A stretch of 39,292 nucleotides of DNA, from positions 1-39,292 of IMG/VR virus record IMGVR_UViG_3300020402_000055; one strand, written 5' to 3'. Position 1 is the first letter of the stretch. Each line of letters opens with the position of its first letter. The stretch is from a virus (Duplodnaviria; Caudoviricetes). Below, one piece after another: positions 17,122 through 26,198 of this stretch. A program made the translations under genes and the position numbers. Below the pieces are notes generated by a model. It ran no database searches, had not been told where the DNA came from, and saw only the letters and a list, made by a program, of their open reading frames with translations.

Positions 17122-17535
17122 CTAGTGTAATATCTTCTTCTTGGTACCTAAAGACCCTTCTTCAAACATATCATTCATTTCTTCCTGCACCTGCATTTCA
17201 AGTTCTTCCATTTTCTCCATAAGAGATTCTTTACCGGATTCTAGTTTAATGGGTGGTGGAGGATTCTTTTTTAAACTTAATACAAATTTAATATAAGCTG
17301 TTTCTATATCTTTGCTTACTGGTGTAGAGTTAACTACATTACCAAAAGCAACTTTAAAATTCTCTTCATCAGAAAAAGGAAACCAAGGACTAAATTGATA
17401 AGAACTAAGTATTCCTGATGTTATTTGTACTGGCATTTCTAAGTACCAGTTATCTTTGTTTTTAGAATTAACGGCTGCTATTATTTGTTCTCCGTTAATT
17501 AATTTAAAATGTCTTACTTTATTATTTTGTTCCAT
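17122..17535 (-). CDS. Conserved hypothetical protein downstream of uvsW (Sm-like N-terminus)
   Basis: RHFKLINGEQIIA, FSPWFPFS; C-terminal KKILH; syntenic position in marine T4-like phages. Confidence 0.8.
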   Translation of the reverse strand: MEQNNKVRHFKLINGEQIIAAVNSKNKDNWYLEMPVQITSGILSSYQFSPWFPFSDEENFKVAFGNVVNSTPVSKDIETAYIKFVLSLKKNPPPPIKLESGKESLMEKMEELEMQVQEEMNDMFEEGSLGTKKKILH

Positions 17536-19041
17536 TTATATATTTATCTCAAATAATTCATAATCAAACTTTTCTTTACTATATATTTTAATTCTTTCCG
17601 CGGCGTGTTCTAATGTATAATTCTTTTTTTGTTTCCAATGTAAATCATCTGCAATATCATACACCGTTGTATCTTTATCAGATTTCCTAAGTCCTCTTCC
17701 AATAGATTGTAATACACGAATCTGACTCTTAGAGGGCGAAGCAAATATTAAATTATGTAGTCTCTTTATATTTATACCCGTTGAAAACGTACCTAGTGAA
17801 GCTACGATAATTGCATTCTTTTCTTTTTCAGTTATCGCACGTACGCGCTCCCGCGTGTCCACGTCCGTCTCGCCCGAGACATAAAAAAGCTTTCTATCTT
17901 TACCTTTAAGTTTTTCTTTTAATATGTTATGTAAGGGCTTTCCATGCTTTTCAACGTAATTAAACAGGATTAAAGTATTACCTTCTTGGTCAATAGCAAG
18001 ATTAGATATAAAATTATTTCGTGGTGTATATCGTACAATAAAGTCTATTTCTTCTTGGTATTTTAATTTAGATATTTCTTTACAATGTTCTTCTTTATAT
18101 TTTAACAATAACATTTTAATATCTAATTTAGCTAATTGGTCTGAATCTATTAAATCTTTTGTTGTTGTCACTTTATGTACTGGACCAAACAAGCCTTCTA
18201 ATACTAACTGGTGTGTTTGTGTACCATCTAATGTACCAGTTGTTCCTATTCTATATTCTGCTTCTGTACATTTTTCCATAATAGATGTAAGTGACTTAGC
18301 TTTAAACTGATGTGCTTCATCACCAATTACCATACCAAAGTTCTGAAAAAATGCCGCCGGTTTTTTGTAAATAGATTGCCATGTAGATATAACTATTCTT
18401 TCCATCATTGGACCTTTCGGTACACCACCGTGTATTTTATTTGCCCATTCATCTATTTGGAAAGAATTATCTTTTTGACTATAATCGTCAAAGTCAGAAT
18501 ACATTTGTTCTACTAAAGAAATAGTAGGAACGATTATTAGTATCTTTTTACTTGGTTCGTTATCTATATACCATCTAGAAGCTAAGTAAATAATTAAAGA
18601 TTTACCAGATGCAGTTGGAGATAGTAAGAGTGAATTTTTGTTTGTTAGCGAGTGTCCTAACGCGTTTAACTGATAGTCTCGTGGTTGAATAGGTACTTGG
18701 TTTGATGTTAAATTTAAATTATCTAACCATTCTTTTGGGATATAATTTAAATCTTTTTCTGGTTCTAAGCTACCATACCTCTTAGAAGTAGTGCTTATAC
18801 ACTCGTATTCGCGTTCTAAGGCAAATTGTTTTAGGTACTTATACAAACCAATGTATAAAGTTTTTTTACGTGAATCAAACAGGCGAATTTTACCATCCCA
18901 ATATTTGTTGCGATATGCCGGCATAAATTTATAACCAGGAACAAAGAAACAGAAATGTTCTGTTAATTCCATTTCAATACTGGGATCGGTTTCGATATAC
19001 ATGAACGCGTGGTTCTTTTTGACTATCTTTATTTGGTCCAT
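17536..19041 (-). CDS. uvsW: SF2 helicase UvsW
   Basis: PRDYQ, SPTASGKS, DEAH, TGTL, FSTGINIK, QSIGRGLR. Confidence 0.97.
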   Translation of the reverse strand: MDQIKIVKKNHAFMYIETDPSIEMELTEHFCFFVPGYKFMPAYRNKYWDGKIRLFDSRKKTLYIGLYKYLKQFALEREYECISTTSKRYGSLEPEKDLNYIPKEWLDNLNLTSNQVPIQPRDYQLNALGHSLTNKNSLLLSPTASGKSLIIYLASRWYIDNEPSKKILIIVPTISLVEQMYSDFDDYSQKDNSFQIDEWANKIHGGVPKGPMMERIVISTWQSIYKKPAAFFQNFGMVIGDEAHQFKAKSLTSIMEKCTEAEYRIGTTGTLDGTQTHQLVLEGLFGPVHKVTTTKDLIDSDQLAKLDIKMLLLKYKEEHCKEISKLKYQEEIDFIVRYTPRNNFISNLAIDQEGNTLILFNYVEKHGKPLHNILKEKLKGKDRKLFYVSGETDVDTRERVRAITEKEKNAIIVASLGTFSTGINIKRLHNLIFASPSKSQIRVLQSIGRGLRKSDKDTTVYDIADDLHWKQKKNYTLEHAAERIKIYSKEKFDYELFEINI

Positions 19042-19970
19042 TATATAAGTTGTTGTAATCTATTCACAGTACTATTTATATCATAGCATAGGTAATCAAA
19101 TATATACCAATAAAGAAACTTTCTAGAGTTTTCAATATCAAACCATGATAAATCATCTACATAATTATTTATCTCGGTTAATATTCTTAAGTCTTTTGTA
19201 ATCCAATGATAGTCCGGATAACCGTAGGATATTATTGGAACATCGTGCATCATACATTCTATTCCAGCAGTGCTATTTTCTGTAATTGCTACCTTTGTTT
19301 TTGGTAATATACTATGTATAGATTCATATCCTGTAATTACTAAATGACCTTCTTCTTTCCATTTGTTTATAAGATTTTTATTTTTATATCTTGGATGTAT
19401 TTTAATTACTAAATTTTCATTTTTTAGTTTATCAACAATCATACTTAGTTTTTTAATATGGTCGCCAAAACCAAAGCCATCTACTGTTTCGTCTTCTGGC
19501 ATTTGACCTATAATTAATATATGGTCATCAGGTATATTTTTCGAATCTTTCCATTTTAGTAATATTGAATCATCCCATTTATTTGCTCTTCTTTCAATTA
19601 AATCTTGTACATATTTTTGTTCAGTTATATCATATTTTCTAAACTGGTATTCGAAAGGTTCATCAAAAGTAATTTCAGAACTATTTGCATATCCTTTTCG
19701 ACATATTTGAAAATGTTGGGATGTTGGTGCGGTTGGTTTAAATATAATATTATTTGGGGTATTTAACTCTGATTTGTGACAATGATTGTAAATATGTAAT
19801 TCTGGAAAAGAAGTATATTCATCATTAAGAGTGCTATCTGTTTTACCCTCATAATAAGGTTCTTCCCATTCAGTATGCCCCATTAATTCTAAAGCATGTT
19901 TAATACATCCAGCGGCGTATGCAAAATTTCCTTCGAATGTATATCGATAATCTTTAAATTTAAATTCCAC
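19041..19970 (-). CDS. Capsule polysaccharide biosynthesis KpsC/KpsS-like glycosyltransferase
   Basis: ILIIGQMPEDE (Q..D motif), LVIKIHP (HP motif), ITENSTAGIEC...VPIISYGYPDY. Confidence 0.75.
   Translation of the reverse strand: MEFKFKDYRYTFEGNFAYAAGCIKHALELMGHTEWEEPYYEGKTDSTLNDEYTSFPELHIYNHCHKSELNTPNNIIFKPTAPTSQHFQICRKGYANSSEITFDEPFEYQFRKYDITEQKYVQDLIERRANKWDDSILLKWKDSKNIPDDHILIIGQMPEDETVDGFGFGDHIKKLSMIVDKLKNENLVIKIHPRYKNKNLINKWKEEGHLVITGYESIHSILPKTKVAITENSTAGIECMMHDVPIISYGYPDYHWITKDLRILTEINNYVDDLSWFDIENSRKFLYWYIFDYLCYDINSTVNRLQQLI
19073..19080 (-). promoter_or_regulatory. T4-type late promoter for uvsW (inside the upstream gene)
   Basis: TATAAATA 31 nt upstream of the uvsW ATG. Confidence 0.6.
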
Positions 19971-20403
19971 TGGTAAATTTTCTCCACTCTATCATATTCT
20001 TTATAGTTTGGTGGCGCCATTTAATACTATCTAATATTTCTTTTAAAGTATTACATAGTTCTTCTTGGTATGCTATCTTTTTCTGATGTTCTTGTATGAT
20101 AGGATCGGAGTCATAATATTTATCCATATCTGATTTCAGTACTGTTAAACCATTTAATGGGTCGTAGTTCCAACCTTTTTCATCTAACTCTTCTTGGCTT
20201 AATTTACCATTATAGTGGTTAAATTTATCTTTTAACAATACTTTAAATTCTAGTTCTAATTGTTTTAGTCTTAATTTACTAGTGCTATATAATTCTAAAT
20301 ACTTCGAATGAAGTTTTGCTGTTTCTCTGGAAGATTCATCTAATGCCATTTCATCGATAACATTATCTTTCTTCCACATTTCTAATACATTTTCTAAATT
20401 CAT
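19960..20403 (-). CDS. uvsY: Recombination mediator UvsY
   Basis: LEMWKKD, LHSKYLELY, IKNMIEWRKFTSG. Confidence 0.93.
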   Translation of the reverse strand: MNLENVLEMWKKDNVIDEMALDESSRETAKLHSKYLELYSTSKLRLKQLELEFKVLLKDKFNHYNGKLSQEELDEKGWNYDPLNGLTVLKSDMDKYYDSDPIIQEHQKKIAYQEELCNTLKEILDSIKWRHQTIKNMIEWRKFTSGI

Positions 20404-20411
20404 AACTACAT

Positions 20412-20444
20412 ATTATACCATATTTTAGGGAAAAAGTAAACCCC
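20412..20444 (-). promoter_or_regulatory. T4-early-type sigma70 promoter for uvsY, leaderless
   Basis: GGGGTTTACT-17 nt ending TGG-TATAAT-8 nt-ATG. Confidence 0.82.
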
Positions 20445-20914
20445 TATCTAAATTCAAATGATGTGTATTTTAATACTAAGTCTGCTTGTACGTATTCTAT
20501 ATCCGTATTTTGTGCGTTGAATTCGACAGCACTTAGGGATATTGGAAATACCCCCGAGAATGCTATCTCTTTATTAACATTATTATGTGATGACATTATT
20601 TGTAATACAGCGTCAAACTTATAGTTTTTATCTGCATCACTTTTTTGTGCACTATTAGATAACCATTGAAAGGTTTCTATATAGTTTTCCATATTCTCGG
20701 TCACATTAAATCTTACTGCAAGGTCTTCGAATCCCATTCGGTCACCTGTAAATGCAAGATTAACTCCTTTATATGGTATTGGGACATCACCCAGGCTTAT
20801 CCCGGGTAATGTCACTGCTGTACAAAAGTATTCCAAATTAGGAAAACTTGTGTTATCTATTTTAAAATTAAACCCTACCGGGCTTAAAAAGTTTTTATTT
20901 GTTGTTAATGCCAT
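20444..20914 (-). CDS. gp3: Tail tube terminator / tail completion protein
   Basis: NFLSPVGFNF, FCTAVTLPGISLG, F.V.ENMENY, FPISLS; syntenic position. Confidence 0.88.
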   Translation of the reverse strand: MALTTNKNFLSPVGFNFKIDNTSFPNLEYFCTAVTLPGISLGDVPIPYKGVNLAFTGDRMGFEDLAVRFNVTENMENYIETFQWLSNSAQKSDADKNYKFDAVLQIMSSHNNVNKEIAFSGVFPISLSAVEFNAQNTDIEYVQADLVLKYTSFEFR

Positions 20915-21070
20915 CTATAAAAAATTTTTAATAACTTTATTAAGTCTACTTGATTTCATTATACTATGAAATCTTTTCCAAATAGACCTCGTGTCTGTTG
21001 GATCCGATAACAAAAGATACCAACCGACAAGCGATAATGGTATCAACAACATTACTGTTGTTTCTATCAT
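20915..21070 (-). CDS. 51-aa single-pass membrane protein, late, leaderless
   Basis: Start MIETTVMLLI lies 5 nt after TATAAATA; N-terminal hydrophobic helix and basic tail. Confidence 0.6.
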   Translation of the reverse strand: MIETTVMLLIPLSLVGWYLLLSDPTDTRSIWKRFHSIMKSSRLNKVIKNFL

Positions 21071-21075
21071 ACTAC

Positions 21076-21083
21076 TATTTATA
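21076..21083 (-). promoter_or_regulatory. T4-type late promoter
   Basis: TATAAATA-GTAGT-ATG. Confidence 0.8.
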
Positions 21084-21103
21084 CGACTTAAAAAGTGAAA
21101 CAT

Positions 21104-21133
21104 AAAAAAAGGGACACCGAAGTGCCCCTTTTT
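21104..21133 (-). terminator. Rho-independent terminator after gp23 (cUUCGg loop)
   Basis: AAAAAGGGGCAC-TTCG-GTGTCCC-TTTTTTT. Confidence 0.93.
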
Positions 21134-21153
21134 ATGAGTATTGTGACTCGGTA

Positions 21154-22494
21154 TTACACCATAATGTCGTCAACTCTGAAGATTCTGAAGTATTGGTTGC
21201 TTCTATCTGAACCGATAGTACCATCAATAGCTACGTAAGGGTTAGCAATCATGCCGTACCTTGTTTTGAATCCCATTCTTGGTTGGAAGTCGTTCTCCCC
21301 AACTGCTTTAACCATAGTTAAAGGAACGTAAGGACAATAGAATAGTCCAGCGTCGTATGGGTTAGAACCTCTATAACCAACACAAGCGAAGTCAACAGTT
21401 GAATATGGGTCAATATAAACTTTCATTCTACCGTTAAGTACACCTGCGAAAGTGTTGCCAGTGTCATCAACATTCAAGTTAGCTGATAAAGCTGGAGTGT
21501 AGTCTAATAGACCAGCAGCTGCTAAAGCTGAAGCAACGTCTGAAGAACAAAGTACGAAATTACCTTTTCCTCTTCTTGTTTCTTTAGCGATAACGTTAGC
21601 TTCTCTTTCGAGTTGCATAATTAGACCTTTGAATTTCTCAACCATCCATCTACCATCTGAGTCAGTAGCAACATCAAATATACCTGATACTGCAGTTGAA
21701 GATTGTAGAGCACCGATTTTAGCAGTTTTTAGAATACTTCTAATAACTTCTCTGTTGATTTCCGCTAGGATCTCAGCAGATAGGATATTAGCTAATTCAC
21801 CTTCTGCGTCTAAACCGTGAACAGCTTTAAGGTCTTGTGCTAGTTCCATTGTGTACTCAGCTTTTAGCGCTCTTGATTTCGCTGTGACTGTAGCTTTCTC
21901 GATTGTGAAAGCCATTTCACCGAATGAACCATCACCAGTTTCACCAACACCTAATCTTTCCGCAGCGGCTGTGGTTAAACCAGTACCGAATGTGGAGACT
22001 GTGTCAGCTTCGTCAGCGATTGTTGCATCAGTATCAGCGTCAGTTACGCCGGATAACCCAGTTGGGTCAGCTTGATGAGTACCAGTACCAGAGAAGTCTG
22101 TGTCAGCTTCGTTGTATAAAGCTTCTGTTCCACTCTGTGAACTGTATTTTGACTTCATTGCGAAGATAAGACCAGTTGGTCCAGTCATTGGCTGAACACC
22201 GGCAATATCATAAGCAATCAAGTTTGGCATTGCTCTCCTTACTAAAGAGATTAATACTGGGTCGAAAGTTCCAATGTTATTTGGAGCTGATCCTGAACCA
22301 ATATTGTTAGCAGCAGCTGCCTCGGAAATGAAATTTCCTTGAGCTTGTGCTGACTCTTCTTTAAGAGCAACCTCTTGGTTTTCTAACAGTCTAGCTGTGA
22401 CAGCTTTTCTGTAGCGATCATCAATACTAGGAGCACTCTCGTGGTCTAGTACTGGGGACCATTTTTCGATTAATTGTGAATCTGCGTTAAACAT
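21154..22494 (-). CDS. gp23: Major capsid protein
   Basis: KWSPVL, LLENQE, LVRRAMPNLIAYDIAGVQPMTGPTGLIFAM, AKSRALKAEY, FYCPYVPL, GFKTRYG. Confidence 0.99.
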   Translation of the reverse strand: MFNADSQLIEKWSPVLDHESAPSIDDRYRKAVTARLLENQEVALKEESAQAQGNFISEAAAANNIGSGSAPNNIGTFDPVLISLVRRAMPNLIAYDIAGVQPMTGPTGLIFAMKSKYSSQSGTEALYNEADTDFSGTGTHQADPTGLSGVTDADTDATIADEADTVSTFGTGLTTAAAERLGVGETGDGSFGEMAFTIEKATVTAKSRALKAEYTMELAQDLKAVHGLDAEGELANILSAEILAEINREVIRSILKTAKIGALQSSTAVSGIFDVATDSDGRWMVEKFKGLIMQLEREANVIAKETRRGKGNFVLCSSDVASALAAAGLLDYTPALSANLNVDDTGNTFAGVLNGRMKVYIDPYSTVDFACVGYRGSNPYDAGLFYCPYVPLTMVKAVGENDFQPRMGFKTRYGMIANPYVAIDGTIGSDRSNQYFRIFRVDDIMV

Positions 22495-22513
22495 TTGTTT
22501 CCCCTATAGATTA

Positions 22514-23662
22514 CTATTTGTTAAATTTTGTTATAGCCTGAGTGTATCTAGACATAACATCGTTAAGTTCTTCAGCCGGAGCTTCGTCTTCGCCTGCTAT
22601 GCTGTTTACTTCATCAACTGATTCGTTAACATCACCTTTGAAGTATGATTGTTTGATAGTTTCAACTTTCTGTTCGAAAGCTTCTTTGTTATCAAACTCT
22701 ACATCTTCGCAAAGTTTAGCTAATTTCTCAGCTTCTGTTTCTGCAAGCCCTGAAGAAGCATTTCTAACAACTTCGTCTTTCTCGAAAGAAGAGACTTTGC
22801 CGTGTAAAGAAATATTTTCTTCTGTGGATTTATTTAAAGATTCTTCTAGTTCAGCAACTTGGTCGGCTAAATCGTCGATTAAGTCTTCTTTACCTTCTGG
22901 AACCTCGATATAATGTTCTTTGAACACTGCTTGTAAGGAAGTCATAAAGTCTTCAGCAATCTCGGTTTTAAGACCTTGATTAACTGCTACTTCATTTTCT
23001 TTCATCCAGTTTTCAACAACGTAGTTTAAGTAAGAATCTACTTTCTCTACTAGTTGAGCATCGATGTCGGAAACTTCTTCTTCCAAGTTTTGCGCATATT
23101 CTGCTTCTAAACGTTCAACTTCTTCTGCAAGTTTGCTAGTTAGCACTGCTTCGAATATAGTTGATGCTTTATCACGGAATCCATCTGAAAGAGTAGCCTC
23201 TTCTGAGATGATTGTGTCAAGATCTTCGTCGAAATCAACTGCTTCTACTTTAGCCTTTGCCTTGAGTTCGTTCTTTTTAGGTAAAGAACCCTTCATGGCT
23301 TTATCAAATTCAGCTACTTCAGCATCGTTGTCTTCGTCGACTTCATCTATCTTAGTCATCTTAGCGAAAAGCTTTTGCGCGTCCTCTTTTCTTGCTGATT
23401 TTAACATATCAACAGCAGCTTGAATTACACCAGCTTTAGTTTTAGGAATCTCAACCGCTTTAGGTTGTACGGACTCTTCTTCGTGGTCCATTTCCTTTTT
23501 CACTTTAGCTTCTTCCAAGTCTTCAACAGACTCTTCTGATTGTGTTTCTTCAACAACTTCCTCTTCAGTACCCTCGACTACTTGTTCTTCATCGTTAAGT
23601 ACTTCTTCGGAAGCTTGCTCTTGAATGTCTTCAGCGTCTAAGTTTTTAACGTCTTCTGACAT
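22514..23662 (-). CDS. gp22: Prohead core scaffolding protein
   Basis: Acidic coiled coil; TIFEA, KVDSYLNYVVENW, FKEHYIEVPE; directly upstream of gp23. Confidence 0.93.
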   Translation of the reverse strand: MSEDVKNLDAEDIQEQASEEVLNDEEQVVEGTEEEVVEETQSEESVEDLEEAKVKKEMDHEEESVQPKAVEIPKTKAGVIQAAVDMLKSARKEDAQKLFAKMTKIDEVDEDNDAEVAEFDKAMKGSLPKKNELKAKAKVEAVDFDEDLDTIISEEATLSDGFRDKASTIFEAVLTSKLAEEVERLEAEYAQNLEEEVSDIDAQLVEKVDSYLNYVVENWMKENEVAVNQGLKTEIAEDFMTSLQAVFKEHYIEVPEGKEDLIDDLADQVAELEESLNKSTEENISLHGKVSSFEKDEVVRNASSGLAETEAEKLAKLCEDVEFDNKEAFEQKVETIKQSYFKGDVNESVDEVNSIAGEDEAPAEELNDVMSRYTQAITKFNK

Positions 23663-23674
23663 GTCGTTCTCCTA

Positions 23675-24337
23675 TTATTTTTTAGAGTTTACAAGTTTCG
23701 AGAGGAAATTTTTAAATGCTCGAATCTCTACATCAGAAGATGTAGTATTCTTTGCTGTTTTTATTTCAGTCTCAATTATTTCAATGTCTTGTGCTTTTAA
23801 TATTCCATTGTCCCATACCCATTCTACTCCTTCCATAATTCCATTTACGAAAGCTTCGGGAGCAGATGGGTCTTGAACAATATCTACGGTGGCTAACATA
23901 AAGTCTTTACCGACGTAGTTAACACCGTTCTTTTGCACAAGGCTTCCCATTCCACGACTTGATACACCAAGCTTAACTCCACCTTCGAGCAAACCTTCTA
24001 CGATTTGTCCCATAGGGGTTTTAAGAATTGATGCTTTTCCTACAACATTACTTCCCTCCCATTTGAGGTCTGTAATCTTGTGAGATACCTTATCCAGATT
24101 AACAGTTGGACCTTCCGGGTGATTTAACTCACCAACTGCTCTTCCGGTAGAAACCTGCTCTTTAACATATTTGTTAACAGCAGCTTCTAAAATCTTTTTC
24201 TCATATATTCTGCCGTTCCTATTTTTGGCATCGGCTTGCATGAATACACCTTCGATAACGTGCGATTTATTACCTTTTTTATCTTCAGTAATATAAGTTG
24301 TTATATCACTATCGTTGTATTCTGCTATAAGTTTCAT
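23675..24337 (-). CDS. gp21: Prohead core protease
   Basis: IEGVFMQA..KNRNGRIY, GELNHP, GVSSRGMGS, DIVQDPSAP. Confidence 0.97.
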   Translation of the reverse strand: MKLIAEYNDSDITTYITEDKKGNKSHVIEGVFMQADAKNRNGRIYEKKILEAAVNKYVKEQVSTGRAVGELNHPEGPTVNLDKVSHKITDLKWEGSNVVGKASILKTPMGQIVEGLLEGGVKLGVSSRGMGSLVQKNGVNYVGKDFMLATVDIVQDPSAPEAFVNGIMEGVEWVWDNGILKAQDIEIIETEIKTAKNTTSSDVEIRAFKNFLSKLVNSKK

Positions 24338-24344
24338 AGTTGTC

Positions 24345-24587
24345 CTATTCGTCTTCTGCTTCTGCTGGTGCTAGTTCCTGCTCTTCGTCATTCTCCATAC
24401 CAGTACCAGGTACTTCTTCGACAGGTTCTTCGACCTTTCTTTGTACCATACTAGAAGCTAATTCTACTTTTTTAGCGTCTAAAGCATCATTCATTTTTCC
24501 AGCCATTGCTGTGTTAAATGCTTTTTCCGCGTTTACATTATCACCATCTCTTAATCTATCAATAATGTCTTTTATAGTTTCACTCAT
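24345..24587 (-). CDS. Small acidic prohead core protein (gp67-like)
   Basis: 80 aa, acidic, between portal and protease; GAGGA SD; late promoter upstream. Confidence 0.7.
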   Translation of the reverse strand: MSETIKDIIDRLRDGDNVNAEKAFNTAMAGKMNDALDAKKVELASSMVQRKVEEPVEEVPGTGMENDEEQELAPAEAEDE

Positions 24588-24609
24588 CTCAATTTTCCTC
24601 GTCTGTATT

Positions 24610-24617
24610 TATTTATA
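24610..24617 (-). promoter_or_regulatory. T4-type late promoter
   Basis: TATAAATA in the gap after gp20. Confidence 0.75.
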
Positions 24618-24629
24618 ATTTTTTAAGTC

Positions 24630-26132
24630 TTAACCGAACCTAGGATCGTCTGGATCTGGCATATCATTCTCACCACTTCTTTCTTCATCCTCGATTTGCT
24701 TGTTAATAGCTTCAATATCATCATCGTTAAACCTAAGAATATTCTTTTTCACCCATTCATTAGATATAAATCGGCCAATATGCTCGTCTAACGATCCTAA
24801 CATATCAAATCTTTCCCTATATATTTCAGCTTCTTTTAATTCACTGAAATAGTTATCCTCAATATAGTCGAATTGTATGGATTCTTTCCATTCGTTCCAT
24901 TCTTCGGCTGTTATAACATTCTTTAACAATAGTTGTGTTTTTAACAATTGTATAAAAATGTCTGAGAATCTTTTTCTTAATCTATCAATAAACTTTTTAA
25001 ATTTAACTTCGTCTCTTGTTATTTCTGAAGCTCTACCTAAACTAAATTGTGCTTCTTGTTCTAGTCTATTAATAGGAACGTTTAACGCTCTGTATAATTT
25101 CTTTTGGAAATAGATTATATCATCTATTTGTCCTAAATTCTCTCCACCTGGTAATGTAGATATTTCTGTACCTCTTCCACCTTCACGTCTTGGTAAGAAG
25201 AAATCTTCTAACATACTCATGTGTTTTTTATCGTCTTTTATATCACCAGTCTTAGCATCGTAAACTAATTTATTTCTATATTGATTCATAATACCACGTA
25301 AGTATTCTTCTGCTTTTCCTTTTGGTAAATTACCAACATCAATATAAAATATTCTACGTTCTGGTGCTCTAGATATTCTGTATATAACAACAGAATCTTC
25401 CATCATACGTAATTGGTTAACTGGCTTAATTGCTTTGTGCAAATAAGAAAGTATTCTTTTACGTGAAGAATCTAATACACCAGATGTTCCGTATGCTATA
25501 GCATCTGGATTAATTTTTAAACCTTGGTTATATTTTCCTAACGCGTTATCTTGGAAAATAAAAAATTCTTTTTGTTTCTTAATGAGTTTAGCTCCAGTCT
25601 TTGGATCTTCCTCTTCTTCAATCTCTTTTACTTTACGTAATTTAGTTGGATCGATATATCTTAATTCTTGTATTCCTTGTTTCTCATTACCTTCTTTTAC
25701 GATAATGTGATAAGGTAATCTTCCATCGATATACCATTTTCTAAATATATCGTGGGAATATGCGTTAAAGCCCATCAGTGATATTATTTTATCAAACTCG
25801 GCTTTCATCATTTTTTTAATTTTATCTGAAGCTTCTACTTTATCTAATACTATATCGATTGGAACATCATCATGGTCTCCAACGATTGCTTCATTTACAA
25901 TATCTTCTACTGCTGCGTCACACTCTGGCTGTGCAGCAATATCACGATATTTCATAATTAAGTCGACTTCACTTTTTGCTTTGTCTCCGTCTAAATCTAA
26001 ATAAGCACCAAAATGACCGCCCGTGGTTATTACACCAGCGCCGTCTTCATCCGTATTTGGTACGAAAGAAACTTTAGGTTTTTCTTTTTCCTGTCCCTTT
26101 CTATTTATTTCGAATCCGAAAAATTCTGCCAT
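24630..26132 (-). CDS. gp20: Portal vertex protein
   Basis: FRKWYIDGR, LRYIDP, YLHKAIKPVNQLRMMED, RAPERRIFYIDVGNLPK, EDFFLPRREGGRGTEI. Confidence 0.99.
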   Translation of the reverse strand: MAEFFGFEINRKGQEKEKPKVSFVPNTDEDGAGVITTGGHFGAYLDLDGDKAKSEVDLIMKYRDIAAQPECDAAVEDIVNEAIVGDHDDVPIDIVLDKVEASDKIKKMMKAEFDKIISLMGFNAYSHDIFRKWYIDGRLPYHIIVKEGNEKQGIQELRYIDPTKLRKVKEIEEEEDPKTGAKLIKKQKEFFIFQDNALGKYNQGLKINPDAIAYGTSGVLDSSRKRILSYLHKAIKPVNQLRMMEDSVVIYRISRAPERRIFYIDVGNLPKGKAEEYLRGIMNQYRNKLVYDAKTGDIKDDKKHMSMLEDFFLPRREGGRGTEISTLPGGENLGQIDDIIYFQKKLYRALNVPINRLEQEAQFSLGRASEITRDEVKFKKFIDRLRKRFSDIFIQLLKTQLLLKNVITAEEWNEWKESIQFDYIEDNYFSELKEAEIYRERFDMLGSLDEHIGRFISNEWVKKNILRFNDDDIEAINKQIEDEERSGENDMPDPDDPRFG

Positions 26133-26157
26133 ATTATTATTTATTCCTAATATTATC

Positions 26158-26177
26158 GGGGGAAATTTCTTTCCCCC
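26158..26177 (-). other. Intergenic hairpin between gp19 and gp20
   Basis: GGGGGAA-6 nt-TTCCCCC; late-promoter variant GATAAATA just upstream (26185-26192). Confidence 0.55.
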
Positions 26178-26198
26178 TCTAATATATTTATCCTAGTT

